A DNA stretch of 64,000 nt from Torpedo marmorata (GCA_977017645.1 OZ360220.1:191766001-191830000), one strand, 5' to 3'; positions 33,815 to 45,386 are shown, numbered from the stretch's first letter. Notes: a model not told the origin generated them from the letters alone. Program-made: numbers and translations.

Positions 33815-35620
33815 TTCCAATGCCATCTACAAGTTTGCTGATGACACCACAGTTGTCGGCAGAATCACAAACGGAAATGAGGAAGCGTACAGGAGGGAGA
33901 TAGATCAGCTCGTTGAACGGTGTAATGACAACAACCTCAAGATTCAAGATTCAATTTATTGTCATAGTAATAAGACAGTGTCATATTCCATGAAATTTCT
34001 TTTTGCCTGCTGCAAGGCAGACAGATTCGCCACCGGCAGAAATTGCCTAAGCGCCTCTAACATTCCTTACAGTCAGAGAAAGAGAAGCAGGGTGCAGGTA
34101 GGTGGGACTAGAGAGGAGTGTTTGGTTCGGTTCGGACTAGAAGGGCCTAATGGCCTGTTTCCGTGCTGTAATTGTTATATGGTTATATATGGTTAAAAGA
34201 GAATCCCCTCAGAGTCACCGAGTGTCCATAGATTCACCTCCAGCGCTTCCGCAGCCACACAGAGTCCAGTCCAAACGATCGGCAACCCGAGCTCCAGATC
34301 CGAACCTCCGACACGGTCAGGTCGCCCTCGGCACCCCCTCGCATCCCGGTTCCGATACCTGGTACTCCTCCAGCCAGTTCGAGCCAGCCTCCAGCAGTCC
34401 GCAGCCCGGCGTGAGTCCCCCAACAGCAGTCTCCAGCAGCCCACAGCCTCCGCGGGTTCCTCGCCTCGGGTCGCCAGTAGCCCGCCGCATGCACTGGTCC
34501 TTCAGCCTCAGAGCCCCTCACCGGTCCGCCGCCGTGGTCACCGTCCTGTGGGTCGTCTCCTCCACTTCTCCTTCTCAGATGGGGGGTGATCTTCCCGTCC
34601 TCTGGTGCCCTGCTCCAGTCCTCCGCTTCCCCTGAATCTGCAGCCCTTCGTGGCTGCTGCCGGTTAAAAGGCGCTGCCATCTTGGGCGCAGACTCCGTGG
34701 TTGCGGGATCTTAAATAAAACCACCGTCGGCTCCTTTAACGGGCCGTTCAAAGCCCATGCAGAACCGATGGCAGTCGACTGGGCGGCTGGACCCCGCGGG
34801 AGCGCTGCATCTCCGCTCCCACGCTCCCCGCGGGTCCGCACCAGCGGCAGTGCTGCCGCTACAGCGGCTCCGGCAGCGCCGCCATTACACCTTGCGCTCA
34901 ACGTCAGCAAAACCAAGGAGATGATTGTGGACTTCAGGAGGAAGTCAGGGGAACACGACACAGTCCTCATCGAGGGCTCAGTTATGGAGAGGGTCAAGAA
35001 CTTCAAATTCCTGGGTGTCAACATCTCCGAGGATCTGTCCTGGAGCCTCCACATTGATGCAATCACAAAGAAGGCTCGCCAGCGGCTATACTTTGTGTAG
35101 TGTCTGAGGAGATTCGGTATGTCACCAAAGACTCTCGTAAACTTCTACAGGTGTACCGTGGAGAGCATTCTGGCTGGTTGCATCACTGCCTGATATGGAG
35201 GCGCCAACTCTCAGGACAATAATAAATTCCAGAGGGTTGTTAACTCGGCCTGTGACATCACAGGCACCAGACTTCACTCCATCGAGGACATCTACTCGCG
35301 ACGGTGTCTTAAAAAAGCAGCCTCTGTCCTCAAAGACCCCCACCACCCAGGCCATGCCCTCTTCACTCTGCTACCATCGGGAAAAAGGTACAGGAGCCTA
35401 AAGTCGAGCACTCAACGGCACAAGGACAGCTTCTTCCCCGCTGCCATCAGATTCCTGAATAATCAATGAACCAAAGACAATGACTTACTTTTCGTGCACT
35501 ATTATTTATATTTTTTATAGTAATGTCGTAAGATGGTAATAATATTGATGTTGGCACTATGATGCTGCTGCAAAACACCGAATTTCAAGACTTGTTCATG
35601 ACAATAAATTCTGATTCTGA
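33815..35620 (+). mobile_element. 5'-truncated Rex1/Babar LINE interrupted at 33938-34887
   Basis: [18 protein letters not shown] resumes as LALNVSKTKEM at ~34890; near-identical to 21375-22098; (attctg)n tail. Confidence 0.88.
33938..34887 (-). mobile_element. GC-rich non-autonomous retroelement with (aatcttg)n tail; nested CR1-type 3' end at ~34090-34194
   Basis: Minus strand begins TAATGGCGGCGC.. and ends ACAATAAATTGAATCTTGAATCTTG; no recognisable ORF; second partial copy at 9552. Confidence 0.6.
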
Positions 35621-35977
35621 TGAGTTGATCTGGTGAGAAATTGAATGGTGTCAGGGTACAAAGGGAAGAGGTGTCCTTGTACACAAATCACTGCATGTTG
35701 ACATATAGGTACAGAAAGCTGTTACAAAGGCAAATAATACAATATGTTGGGGACTTTTGTTGTAAGAGGATTTGAGTACAAAAGTAGAGATATTTTTCTC
35801 CAATTATGCAGGGAATTGATGATACCACTTCTGGAATATTGTGAACAGGTCTGGTCTGTTTAACTAAGGAAGGATAAGGAAGTGATAGAGTGCAGCAAAG
35901 TTTAAGTAGTTTGTTTCTCAGGAAGAGGGTAAGCAGACACGCATCACCAGAGTTTAGAAGAACGATTTTTTAAAATT

Positions 35978-36212
35978 TAATTTAGACATACAGCAGAGTA
36001 ATAAGACCTTCTGGCCCACAAGCCCGTGCCACCCAAATACACCAATCAACCTACAATCCTTGTACATTTTGGAGGGTGGGAGGAAACCGGAGCACCTGGA
36101 GAAAGCCCATTCAGACACGGGGAAATCGTGCAAACTCCATACAGACAGTGCCGGATTCGAACCCTTGGTGCTTGCGCTATAATAGCGTTGTGCTCACAGC
36201 TACGCTAACTGT
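35978..36212 (-). mobile_element. HE1-like tRNA-derived SINE
   Basis: Minus strand: A-box-like TAGCGTAGCTG, B box GGTTCGAATCC, central GGAGTTTGCACG..TCCGGTTTCCTCCCAC, CR1-like tail. Confidence 0.75.
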
Positions 36213-36859
36213 GTTGAAAAATCCAACATTTTTAAGGGTAGATGCATGGTTGGCCTTTCACCTGGCTAGGGATGTTCAGACACTGGTGATATTCAGGAGA
36301 GAGGTCAAAAGACATTTTAACTATTAAGGGAATTTGGGAGGGTACAGGAAAGGAGTGTTGAGGTAAAAGAGCTGGCATGTTTTTATTGAATGATGAAGCA
36401 GATGTGAATAGCCTTTTCTGGCTTCAGTTTTTTATATTTATGTTATGGTTACTTCTCACATAGTTTATTACAATACAGAAGAAGGCCGCTCAGCCCATTG
36501 AGTCTGTGGTGGATCTCAGAGCATTGCCGTTAGTTCCATTCCCTGACTCACTTTCCTGTAACTCCTTCCCTCTCTCATACATCCATCAACTCCTCTCCCA
36601 GCCCCAATTTTCTCCCCACCAACATACTCTACAGGTTAGTCGGATAAACCTCCCAATTATCTTTGGAGAAAAGCAGAGCACCCAAGGAAAGCTCAGACAG
36701 TCACAAGGAGAACATGCAAACTCCACCCAGACAGCAGCCGAGACCAGAATGGAACTGGGTCACAGGAGCTGAGGTGTCAGCACAACCAGCAACACCACTG
36801 CGAAGCCATGTCCTCATGTCCTTCTTGCATTCTTAAAATCTGAAATGTAGAATACAAAA

Positions 36860-37200
36860 ATGACAACTTTGTCTTTAATCCATACACAAAAGTGCTGGAG
36901 AAACATAGCAGGCCATGCAGCATCTATACGAAGCAAAGGGTAACCAAAGTTTTGGGTCTGAGCCCTTCATCAAGGTATGAGCAAAAAGCAGGCAGGTGCC
37001 TGAATAAAAAGTAGGGGAAGAAGAGGAGAGGAGGGAGGAAGGGGCAGGGGAGGAGTACAGCCCAACAGGCAAGACGTCACAGGTGGATGTCGGTGGGAGG
37101 GCAGAAGAGAAAAAAGCTAAGAAGTGATAGGGGGAGGGGGAGCTCTCTGAATGGAAAGGGAAGGGGGTGGGGAGCTGGAGGTAAGGAGACAGAGGTATAG
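36860..37200 (-). mobile_element. Penelope-type terminal repeat with degenerate hammerhead motif
   Basis: Minus strand ctcataccTTGATGAagggctcagacccAAAA..; homologous to 19040-19300. Confidence 0.6.
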
Positions 37201-37213
37201 AGAAAGAGGGAGA

Positions 37214-37255
<42 letters not shown>

Positions 37256-37395
37256 TGGCAGTGTATGAGACCGTGGACAGACTGCTGAGTGACCTACTAT
37301 GATCACAGCATAGTACATTGCACTGTGATCACAGTGTCGGCAGACTTTCCTCTTTAACGTTGTCTTTTATTCTGTTTCCTCCCCGTTTCCTGCAG

Positions 37396-37575
37396 GGAGA
37401 GGTGCCGGAGAAGATAGCTGATTATAGGAAGTGTCATTCGCAGTTTGTAGATACAGATGACTACCGCCACTGGGGGCGCAACACCTGGCTGGATGAGAGT
37501 GGCATTTACCCCAACTCTGGACTCAAGAGAATTCTCTTCCCACCATCCAACCCAATACCTACTCGCCTGGCGTGA
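37396..37575 (+). CDS. CFAP95: Terminal coding exon of CFAP95/C9orf135-like gene
   Basis: Polypyrimidine tract and ctgcag acceptor; GEVPEKIADYRKCHSQFVDTDDYRHWGRNTWLDESGIYPNSGLKRILFP..stop resembles recalled human ..[33 protein letters not shown]. Confidence 0.85.
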   Translation, partial: GEVPEKIADYRKCHSQFVDTDDYRHWGRNTWLDESGIYPNSGLKRILFPPSNPIPTRLA

Positions 37576-37754
37576 ACCTGGTCTTCCTCATGATGACTAA
37601 ACAGATCAAAGAGAAGCCTTTTCTCCTTTTGCATGCACTGGAACAAGTTTTAATTTTTTGCTGCTTTTAACTCTTTTCTAACACATTTGATCATGCATTG
37701 AAATTATTTGCTGAACAAATAATGAAGGCATAACTTACCCCTTCTCACACAGAT

Positions 37755-37760
37755 AATAAA
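37755..37760 (+). terminator. Candidate poly(A) signal of the CFAP95-like gene
   Basis: First AATAAA after the stop codon, ~180 nt downstream. Confidence 0.5.
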
Positions 37761-38059
37761 ATGCTCCTGCTCTTAGAATTAGTGCAATCCGTGTCCCCTT
37801 TGATTTGCAGCCTCTCCATCCAAGCCTTCTGTAGTTCACACTCCCTATTTATCTTGTCTTTGTGACTTGGAACAGTCTGAGTGGTTTAATTGGCTGGAAC
37901 AGTAACATTCCTGCAGTTCAGCTCATTACAAATCAAGTTAAAATTCTGTCGAAGATGCCAACTGGTTTGCAAAAATGCCTGCCTTGGGTGTTAACATCGA
38001 CTTCTCTTGGTTTCCATTAGGACACCCCCCGCCCCCCATCTCTCTCGCTCCTCCTCCCT

Positions 38060-38560
38060 ATGAGAGAGTCCTGGTAGACTGCATCACAGTGTGGTATGGT
38101 TGCTGCAGAAATGCATCGGAGATCAATCTACAGGACCATGAGTGGCAGAGAGGATCACTGGAGTCTCCCCCCACCCATCGACGTGATCTACCGGGATCAT
38201 TGTCTGAAGAGGGCGCGCAAAATCATTACGGACCCCTTTCACCCTGCACACAGCATCTTTCAGCTGCTCCCGTCAGGGAAGAGATATAGGAGTACCACCA
38301 GGCTGAGTAACAGCTTCTTCCCACAGGCAGTGAGAATGCTGAACGACCAAAGGAACTGCTCGCACTAACAATCCGAGTCTCTCATATTCATAAAACAATA
38401 TTTATTTATTTATTTTATAGATGAAATACTTGTCCTGCATATATATTATTTGTCTGCATGTGTTATGTACGGTTTTGTCTCTGTGTGTTTTGCACCGAGG
38501 ACCAGAGAACGCTGTTTCGTCAGGTTGTACTTGTACAGTCAGATGACGATTAACTTGACG
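38060..38560 (+). mobile_element. Old Rex1/Babar-type LINE 3' fragment
   Basis: CITVWYG and CLKRARKIITDPFHPAHSIFQLLPSGKRYRS..SFFPQAVRMLN. Confidence 0.7.
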
Positions 38561-38569
38561 ACTTGACTA

Positions 38570-38965
38570 TGTCTTCTTTCCTCCAGCTCCCCACCCCCTG
38601 TCTCTCTTTCTCTCTCTCTCCCTTTCTCTATCCCTCTGTCTCCTTTCCTCCAGCTCTACATTCAAAGAACTACCCCCTTCCCCTGATCAATTCTCAGCTT
38701 TTCTCTCCTGCCCTCCTATCCATGTCCACCTGCGGCCTCCTGGCTACTGGCCTGTGCTCCTCACCCTGCCCCTTTCCCCCTCCTCCCCCTGTCTTTTTAT
38801 TCAGGTGCTTGCCTGCTTTCTGCTCATACCATGATGAAGGGCTCAGTCCTGAAAAGTTGGTTATACAGTATACCTTTGCCTCCTATCGACGCCGTGAAAC
38901 CTCCTGAGTTTCTCCCGTACGTTTGTGTATTAACTACAATCACAGTGTCTGCAGTTTCATGTTTC
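38570..38965 (+). mobile_element. Penelope-type terminal repeat (degenerate)
   Basis: ctcatacc-aTGATGAagggctcagtcctGAAA; same family as 36860-37200, opposite orientation. Confidence 0.55.
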
Positions 38966-39214
38966 CCTGCCTTGGGTGTCACTTGTAATGGAATTGAATT
39001 GTATTTTGCCCAGTGTACGGAGATACAGTGAAAAGCTCACAAGTGCCAAGCTCGGTGAGATTTTGGATCCACAAGGAAAGGTGACATAAACAGTAGAAAG
39101 ATTAATCAGCAAAATGGAAGCTTTTAGTTTTAACATTGACATTAACATTAATGTAACAGGCAAACTTAATTTAAATTTTAACTCAAAACTTACAGCGGCC
39201 TCTTGATATTCTCC

Positions 39215-39651
39215 TGGATAGACCCCTGCCCACCCCCCACTCAGATAGACCCTTCTCACAGTAGTCCCAGTGTGAACCCCTGGATAGACTGCTCCCCCGC
39301 AGCAGACCCAGTGTGGATCGTGGATGGACCCCTCCCCCCCCCCCCCCAGCACACCCGATGTGGATCCCAGATACACTCCACCCCCAGCACTCCCGGTGTG
39401 GACCCCCAGATAGACCCCTTACCTGGCACTTCTGGTGTGGACCCCCGGATAGATCCCTACCCCAGACCTCTTGTTGTGGATCCCAGATAGACCCCTCCCA
39501 CAGTGCTCCAGGTGTGGACCCCCGGATAGATCCCTCCCCCACCTTTCTCGTTGTGGATCCCGCATGGACTCCACCCCCTCAGCACTCCCGATGTGGACCC
39601 CTGGATGGACCCATCCCCCCCCAACACTCCTAGTGTGGATAGCAGAGAGAT
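39215..39651. repeat. ~40-bp C-rich minisatellite (about 10 degenerate units)
   Basis: Unit like ccccagcactcccggtgtggacccccggatagacccct. Confidence 0.85.
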
Positions 39652-39656
39652 CCCTT

Positions 39657-42600
39657 TGATATACCTATCAATAACTGACACGAGTCTAGAAGTGCAGGAA
39701 TTAACAGGCTTTTATTAACAGAATCAAGCCAGGGCTAGCTATGACTTGACCTGATGATCCCTGCTGGATTGTCCCGGAACTGGGGGAGGAGTTGCTGGCT
39801 CAAGGCCTTTATTCCAGGTAAAAGGGGAGGGGTCACCGGGACAGACAGACAGGTCATGGTCATACCTGCCTCAGGCCACAATACATACAAAGTGGTTTAC
39901 CACATTCACCCCTTCTTTTAGAACAAGTCCGACGGGGGGGGTGAAGTGGATACCGTAGAGAAAAAAAAACCACATATACATAGATAATATACAGTTTTCT
40001 TCATTTACAGATCGAGTTTCACCGGCGGCCGGATTTGCCGCCGTGACCTGCGTAGCGTCAGCGGTGATGGTAGTGGTTGTGGAATGAGGGTACGGGTGGG
40101 AAAACGTGATACCTGCGGAGATGGTTGTGGCTGTGGAATGGGAGTAGGTACAGTAGGGTGGATCTGGGGGTGGTTCGCCTCCTGCCTGGTTAGTGGCCAG
40201 ACCAGCTGTGACGGAGACAACGTCGTGCTGGGAGGCGGATGGGCTGGAGGGGGCAGCTGCGACCCGGCGTTCCCGCTGTCGGGGACCTCTTCAGACGCTC
40301 CTGCAGGCGCCAGGTCCCGTATTGACACCGTGTCCTCCCGCCCGTCGGGGAGAACCACGAATGCGTATTGCGGGTTTGCATGGATCAGCTGCACCCTCTC
40401 GACTAAGGGCTCGTACTTGCTACTCCGAAGATGTTTGCGGAGTAGCACCGGCCCCGGGGACGTCAGCCAGGCAGGGAGTGTAGTTCCAGTGGTCGATTTT
40501 CTGGGGAAGGAAAAGATACGTTCGTGAGGGGTAGTGTTAGTGGCGGTACATAAGAGGGATCGTATAGAGTGGAGGGCGTCCGGGAGAACCTCCTGCCAGC
40601 GAGCCACTGGCCACCCTTTTGCTTTGAGGGCCAGTAGTGTCGCTGTCCATACTGTGGCGTTCTCCCTCTCCACCTGTCCGTTCCCCCGTGGGTTGTACCC
40701 CGTGGTCCTGCTGGTTGCGATGCCTCGGGCCTGCAAGTGCTGTCGCAGCTCCCCACTCATGAACGCGGACCCCCGGTCGCTGTGGACGTAGCTGGGGAAC
40801 CCGAACACGGTGAAAACCTGGTGGAGAGCCTTGATAGCCGACGCCGCCGAGGTATCTGGGCAGGGGATGGCAAAGGGGAACCGCGAGTACTCATCGATGA
40901 TATTAAGAAAGTACACATTGCGGTTCGTGGATGGAAGGGGGCCCTTGAAGTCTATACTGAGACGTTCGAACGGGCGGGTGGCTTTGACCAGCTGTGCTCT
41001 GTCGGGGCGGTAGTACTGCGGTTTGCATTCCGCACAGACTCGGCAGCTGCTGGTCATGGTCTTGACCTCATCCAGGGAGAAAGGCAGGTTCCGTGCTTTG
41101 ATGAAGTGGAACAGCCTGGTAACTCCTGGGTGGCAGAGGTCATTATGGAGGGAGTATAACCGGTCGATCTGCGCGCTGGCACACGATCCCCGGGATAGAG
41201 CGTCAGGGGGCTCGTTGAGCTTCCCGGGCCGGTAAATGATGTCGTAATTGTAGGTGGAGAGTTCTATTCTCCACCTCATGATCTTGTCATTTTTAATTTT
41301 ACCCCGCTGCTGGCAGTTAAACATGAATGCGACGGAGCGCTGGTCCGTCAGCAGGGTAAAATGTTTTCCGGCGAGATAGTGCCTCCAATGCCGAACAGCC
41401 TCGACAATGGCTTGGGCCTCTTTCTCTACCGCAGAGTGCCGAATTTCGGGGCCTTGAAGGGTGCGGGAGAAAAACGCTACTGGTCTTCCCGCCTGGTTGA
41501 GGGTAGCAGCCAGTGCGAAGTCCGAGGCGTCACTCTCCACCTGAAAAGGTTCCGACTCATCCACCGCGTGCATCGCTGCTCGGGCGATGTCCCCTTTTAT
41601 GAGGTCGAAAGCCTCACGTGCCTCCGCTGCCAGGGGAAACTTGGTGGACTTGACGAGGGGTCGGGCTTTGTCCGAGTAGTTTGGGACCCACTGCGCATAA
41701 TAGGAGAAAAACCCGAGGCATCGTTTGAGTGCTTTGGGGGTAACGGGGATCGGAAGTTCCAACAGGGGGCGCATGCGGTCGGGGTCGGGTCCAATCACCC
41801 CGTTTTCCACGACGCACCCCAGGATAGCGAGTCGGGTAGTCCCGAACACGCATTTCTCCTTATTATATGTGAGGTTCAGCGTCTCGGCCGCCTGTAAGAA
41901 CTTCCGAAGGTTCTTATCGTGATCCTGGCGGTCATGACCACAAATGGTGATGTCGTCCAGGTACGGGAAGGTGGCAGTGAGCTTGAACTGGTCAATGATC
42001 CTGTCCATCTCCCTTTGGAACACGGATACCCCATTTGTTACCCCGAAGGGGACGCGCAGAAAATGGAACAATCTGCCGTCCGCCTCGAAAGCGGTGTATA
42101 CTCGGTCCTCCCGGCGGATCGGGAGCTGATGGTAAGCCGACTTAAGGTCGATGGTGGAGAACACTTTATATTGGGCAATCTGGTTGACCATATCCGCGAT
42201 CTTTGGCAGCGGATAGGCGTCCAGTTGCGTGAACCGGTTGATGGTCTGACTATAGTCCACCACCATCCGGCTCTTAGCCCCGTTCTTCACCACCACTACC
42301 TGAGCTCTCCAGGGGCTATTACTGGGTGCAATGATCCCTTCCCCCAGTAAACGCTGCACCTCCGCCTTAATAAATGCCCTGTCCCCTGTACTGTATCGCC
42401 TACTTTTAGTTGCGATGGGCTTACAGTCAGGGGTCAGGTTGGCGAAGAGTGGCGGGGGTTGGGTCTTTAGCGTGGAGAGACCACAGGTAGTCTGGGGCGT
42501 GTTAGTTAAATATTGGGGGTTAGTCACTACGATCGGGGGGTGGGGCCCATCATAGTGCATGGTGACGCTACGCAGGTGGCTTTGGAAGTCCAAACCCAGC

Positions 42601-44373
42601 AGTACAGGAGCACACAAGCGAGGCATGATTAACATTGAAAATTCTCGGTATTCCGTGCCCTGCACTACTATATTCGCCACACAACCCCCCCGGATGTCTG
42701 TTGTGTGCGTTCCAGACGCCATGGCCACCCTCTGGCTTACCGGTACAATGGTGAGGCCACAGCGCTGGGCAGTGTCCGGATGAATAAAACTTTCTGTACT
42801 GCCTGTGTCGAACAGGCAGGTGGTCTTATGCCCCTCAACGATAATGTCCATCATTGACCTGGACAGTTGATGGGGCGCACTCTGGTCCAGCGTCACGGAT
42901 GCCAGGGTCGAGACGAAGTCTTGATCCGACGAGACGTCTTGATCCGGTGGCAGCTCCCGTAGCTCATACGTGTCGCTTCGAGAGGGTGGAGCTGGAAGTG
43001 CTGCGGTGAGATTACAAAATGGCCGCGCCGGAAATGTAGAGATCGGAAATGGCCGCCTCCAGTCCTCGCACGAGGTCTCCGCAGGAAGTGACGTCATGTA
43101 AGATGGCCGCCCCCTCCCGTCGCACGTGCCGCTGCTGGAAACCGGAAGTGCAGTGCGCTGTGATGGCCGCCTCCAGACCTCGCACGAGGTCTCCGCCGGA
43201 AGTGGAGTCGAGGAAGATGGCCGCTCCCGTACCTCGCACGCGGCGCTGCTCGGACCCGTGCGCGACTTGGAGCGGCAGACCTTAGCATAGTGGCCTTTCT
43301 TGCCACAGCTAGAACAAGTCGCGTCTCGGGCCGGGCAGCGCTTGCGCGGGTGCTTGTCGAGCCCGCAGAAGTAACACTTCTCGGGCTCCCGGGTGATAGC
43401 GGCGGCGGTTAACTCACAGGTAGCGGCGGGCTCTCGGGCAGCGGCGGCAGCGGCCAACTCACGGATAGCGTCGGCGGCGGCAAGCGGGTCCCGGTAGACG
43501 GCAGCGGCGGTCACGTTGCTTGTAGGGCTGACGGCTGGGGCGATCCAAGAAGCAGGCTGCGCCTGCATAGCGTCGGCGTTCTTTAGGGCTGAGTCCAGGT
43601 TCAGAATGTTCTGGACAGTCGATTTCAGGGTCAGGTCAGCGTGTTCCAGCAATCGCTGGCGGATGTAGCCTGACCTGATGCCTTTTATGATAGTGTCCCT
43701 TGCCAGCATCTCGGAGTGTTGCTCAGCCGTCAGGGCTCGACATGCACACGCTCGCACCATTAACATCACATCTTGGATATACTCGGAGACCGACTCTCCG
43801 GGTCGCTGGTACCGCTGCGATATCCGGTGCCTTGCAAAAATCTCGTTCGCAGGCGTCAGGTACAGCGTTTGGAGGGCGACCAAGGCATCCTCAAAAGTCT
43901 CACAGTCTCTGACGGCGCCATACACTCGCTTGCTTACCCTAGACATGAGGATATCGAGTTTCTGCTCGTTAGTAGCTGCTCCGGACGATCTCATGTAGGC
44001 TAAGAAGCAGCGTTGCCAAAGTTCAAAATCGCTAGCAGCGTCTTGGGCCAGGGGGTCGATGTCTAGCTTGTCTGGCTTTAACAAATTCTCCATTGATCGT
44101 ATTTCGTTGAAACTGTTAATAAAATTGATATACCTATCAATAACTGACACGAGTCTAGAAGTGCAGGAATTAACAGGCTTTTATTAACAGAATCAAGCCA
44201 GGGCTAGCTATGACTTGACCTGATGATCCCTGCTGGATTGTCCCGGAACTGGGGGAGGAGTTGCTGGCTCAAGGCCTTTATTCCAGGTAAAAGGGGAGGG
44301 GTCACCGGGACAGACAGACAGGTCATGGTCATACCTGCCTCAGGCCACAATACATACAAAGTGGTTTACCACA
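39657..44373 (-). mobile_element. Ty3/Gypsy LTR retrotransposon D, intact
   Basis: 248-bp LTRs 39657-39904 and 44126-44373, no difference seen by eye; TSD CCCTT (39652-39656, 44374-44378). Confidence 0.97.
40005..44093 (-). CDS. Gypsy D single gag-pol polyprotein (~1362 aa)
   Basis: Uninterrupted ORF from ATG 44093 with zinc knuckles, PR, RT YLDD, RH and IN motifs. Confidence 0.93.
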   Translation of the reverse strand: MENLLKPDKLDIDPLAQDAASDFELWQRCFLAYMRSSGAATNEQKLDILMSRVSKRVYGAVRDCETFEDALVALQTLYLTPANEIFARHRISQRYQRPGESVSEYIQDVMLMVRACACRALTAEQHSEMLARDTIIKGIRSGYIRQRLLEHADLTLKSTVQNILNLDSALKNADAMQAQPASWIAPAVSPTSNVTAAAVYRDPLAAADAIRELAAAAAAREPAATCELTAAAITREPEKCYFCGLDKHPRKRCPARDATCSSCGKKGHYAKVCRSKSRTGPSSAACEVRERPSSSTPLPAETSCEVWRRPSQRTALPVSSSGTCDGRGRPSYMTSLPAETSCEDWRRPFPISTFPARPFCNLTAALPAPPSRSDTYELRELPPDQDVSSDQDFVSTLASVTLDQSAPHQLSRSMMDIIVEGHKTTCLFDTGSTESFIHPDTAQRCGLTIVPVSQRVAMASGTHTTDIRGGCVANIVVQGTEYREFSMLIMPRLCAPVLLGLDFQSHLRSVTMHYDGPHPPIVVTNPQYLTNTPQTTCGLSTLKTQPPPLFANLTPDCKPIATKSRRYSTGDRAFIKAEVQRLLGEGIIAPSNSPWRAQVVVVKNGAKSRMVVDYSQTINRFTQLDAYPLPKIADMVNQIAQYKVFSTIDLKSAYHQLPIRREDRVYTAFEADGRLFHFLRVPFGVTNGVSVFQREMDRIIDQFKLTATFPYLDDITICGHDRQDHDKNLRKFLQAAETLNLTYNKEKCVFGTTRLAILGCVVENGVIGPDPDRMRPLLELPIPVTPKALKRCLGFFSYYAQWVPNYSDKARPLVKSTKFPLAAEAREAFDLIKGDIARAAMHAVDESEPFQVESDASDFALAATLNQAGRPVAFFSRTLQGPEIRHSAVEKEAQAIVEAVRHWRHYLAGKHFTLLTDQRSVAFMFNCQQRGKIKNDKIMRWRIELSTYNYDIIYRPGKLNEPPDALSRGSCASAQIDRLYSLHNDLCHPGVTRLFHFIKARNLPFSLDEVKTMTSSCRVCAECKPQYYRPDRAQLVKATRPFERLSIDFKGPLPSTNRNVYFLNIIDEYSRFPFAIPCPDTSAASAIKALHQVFTVFGFPSYVHSDRGSAFMSGELRQHLQARGIATSRTTGYNPRGNGQVERENATVWTATLLALKAKGWPVARWQEVLPDALHSIRSLLCTATNTTPHERIFSFPRKSTTGTTLPAWLTSPGPVLLRKHLRSSKYEPLVERVQLIHANPQYAFVVLPDGREDTVSIRDLAPAGASEEVPDSGNAGSQLPPPAHPPPSTTLSPSQLVWPLTRQEANHPQIHPTVPTPIPQPQPSPQVSRFPTRTLIPQPLPSPLTLRRSRRQIRPPVKLDL

Positions 44374-44911
44374 CCCTTCTCCCCCCCCACCACGGCAAGT
44401 GGAAGAAACGCTGAGCAATGCCACAGGTCCAATGCCAATCCATTCTGCTGCGTTGCCACTGTACCACACTCAGGACCCCGATGTGGTGCCCACCCAGATG
44501 GTACTGCAGCAGAAATGGCTCTGAGCCAGTGCCATGCTCCCTCAGTTCACCACCGCTGCCAAGATTTGTGTGCTGAGATGTAGATCATGCATTCACTGAG
44601 CATTGTCCTTACAATTAGCACTCCTCGGCAGTTTGATCATTTGTGGGACAGTGGTCTCACGGCCCATCCCTAATGCCTTCTGAAGGTAGTGGTTAGCTGT
44701 CTTCTTCAACTGCCTAATGTGGTGAAGGTGTTCCCATACCTGGGAAGCCTGCTTTTTTACCCTACTGATGAATTTATTTCACACATTAGGCCAGTGTGAT
44801 TTGGAGGGAAATTGCAGATGAGATTCCCTGACTGGGCTTCTCTCGTATTCCCTCTTGCCTGTTGTCCTTGTCCTTCTGTGTCTGTGTAGGATTAGTGGAA
44901 GGGTGTCTACT

Positions 44912-45055
44912 NNNNNNNNNNNNNNNNNNNNNNNNNNNNNNNNNNNNNNNNNNNNNNNNNNNNNNNNNNNNNNNNNNNNNNNNNNNNNNNNNNNNNNNNN
45001 NNNNNNNNNNNNNNNNNNNNNNNNNNNNNNNNNNNNNNNNNNNNNNNNNNNNNNN
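44912..45055. other. Assembly gap (N run)
   Basis: Direct reading. Confidence 0.99.
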
Positions 45056-45386
45056 GTTGGTCTGCATTTGTGTCTGGTGGATGAGTCTGTGGGACATGTG
45101 GTGTTTGTGAATGCAATGTAAAAATGCAGGAAGGCAAGCCTTGCTGTCATGTAAATTCAATCATCCCATAATTGGGAAGAGATTTAACTGGGGTATATAA
45201 AATGATGTGGGGTCTGTTCAGGATAATTATTTTCCTTAGCTCAGATGTTAGTAACTTGGGGGACACTTTTTTAAGATAATTGGTAGAAATGTCAGAGGGA
45301 TTTGAAGTTGGAAAAGGGATCTGGAACTCACTGTCTAAATGTGTGAAGGGATTTAGAAGGCATTTGTTAAAATTGCAGCTGGATGG

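Noticed and set aside
39215-39651. CRISPR-like periodic array
   Set aside because: Eukaryotic context; units are degenerate tandem repeats with no unique spacers or cas genes.
44779-45160. ORFs spanning 44.8-45.2 kb
   Set aside because: Artefacts of translating through the N gap.
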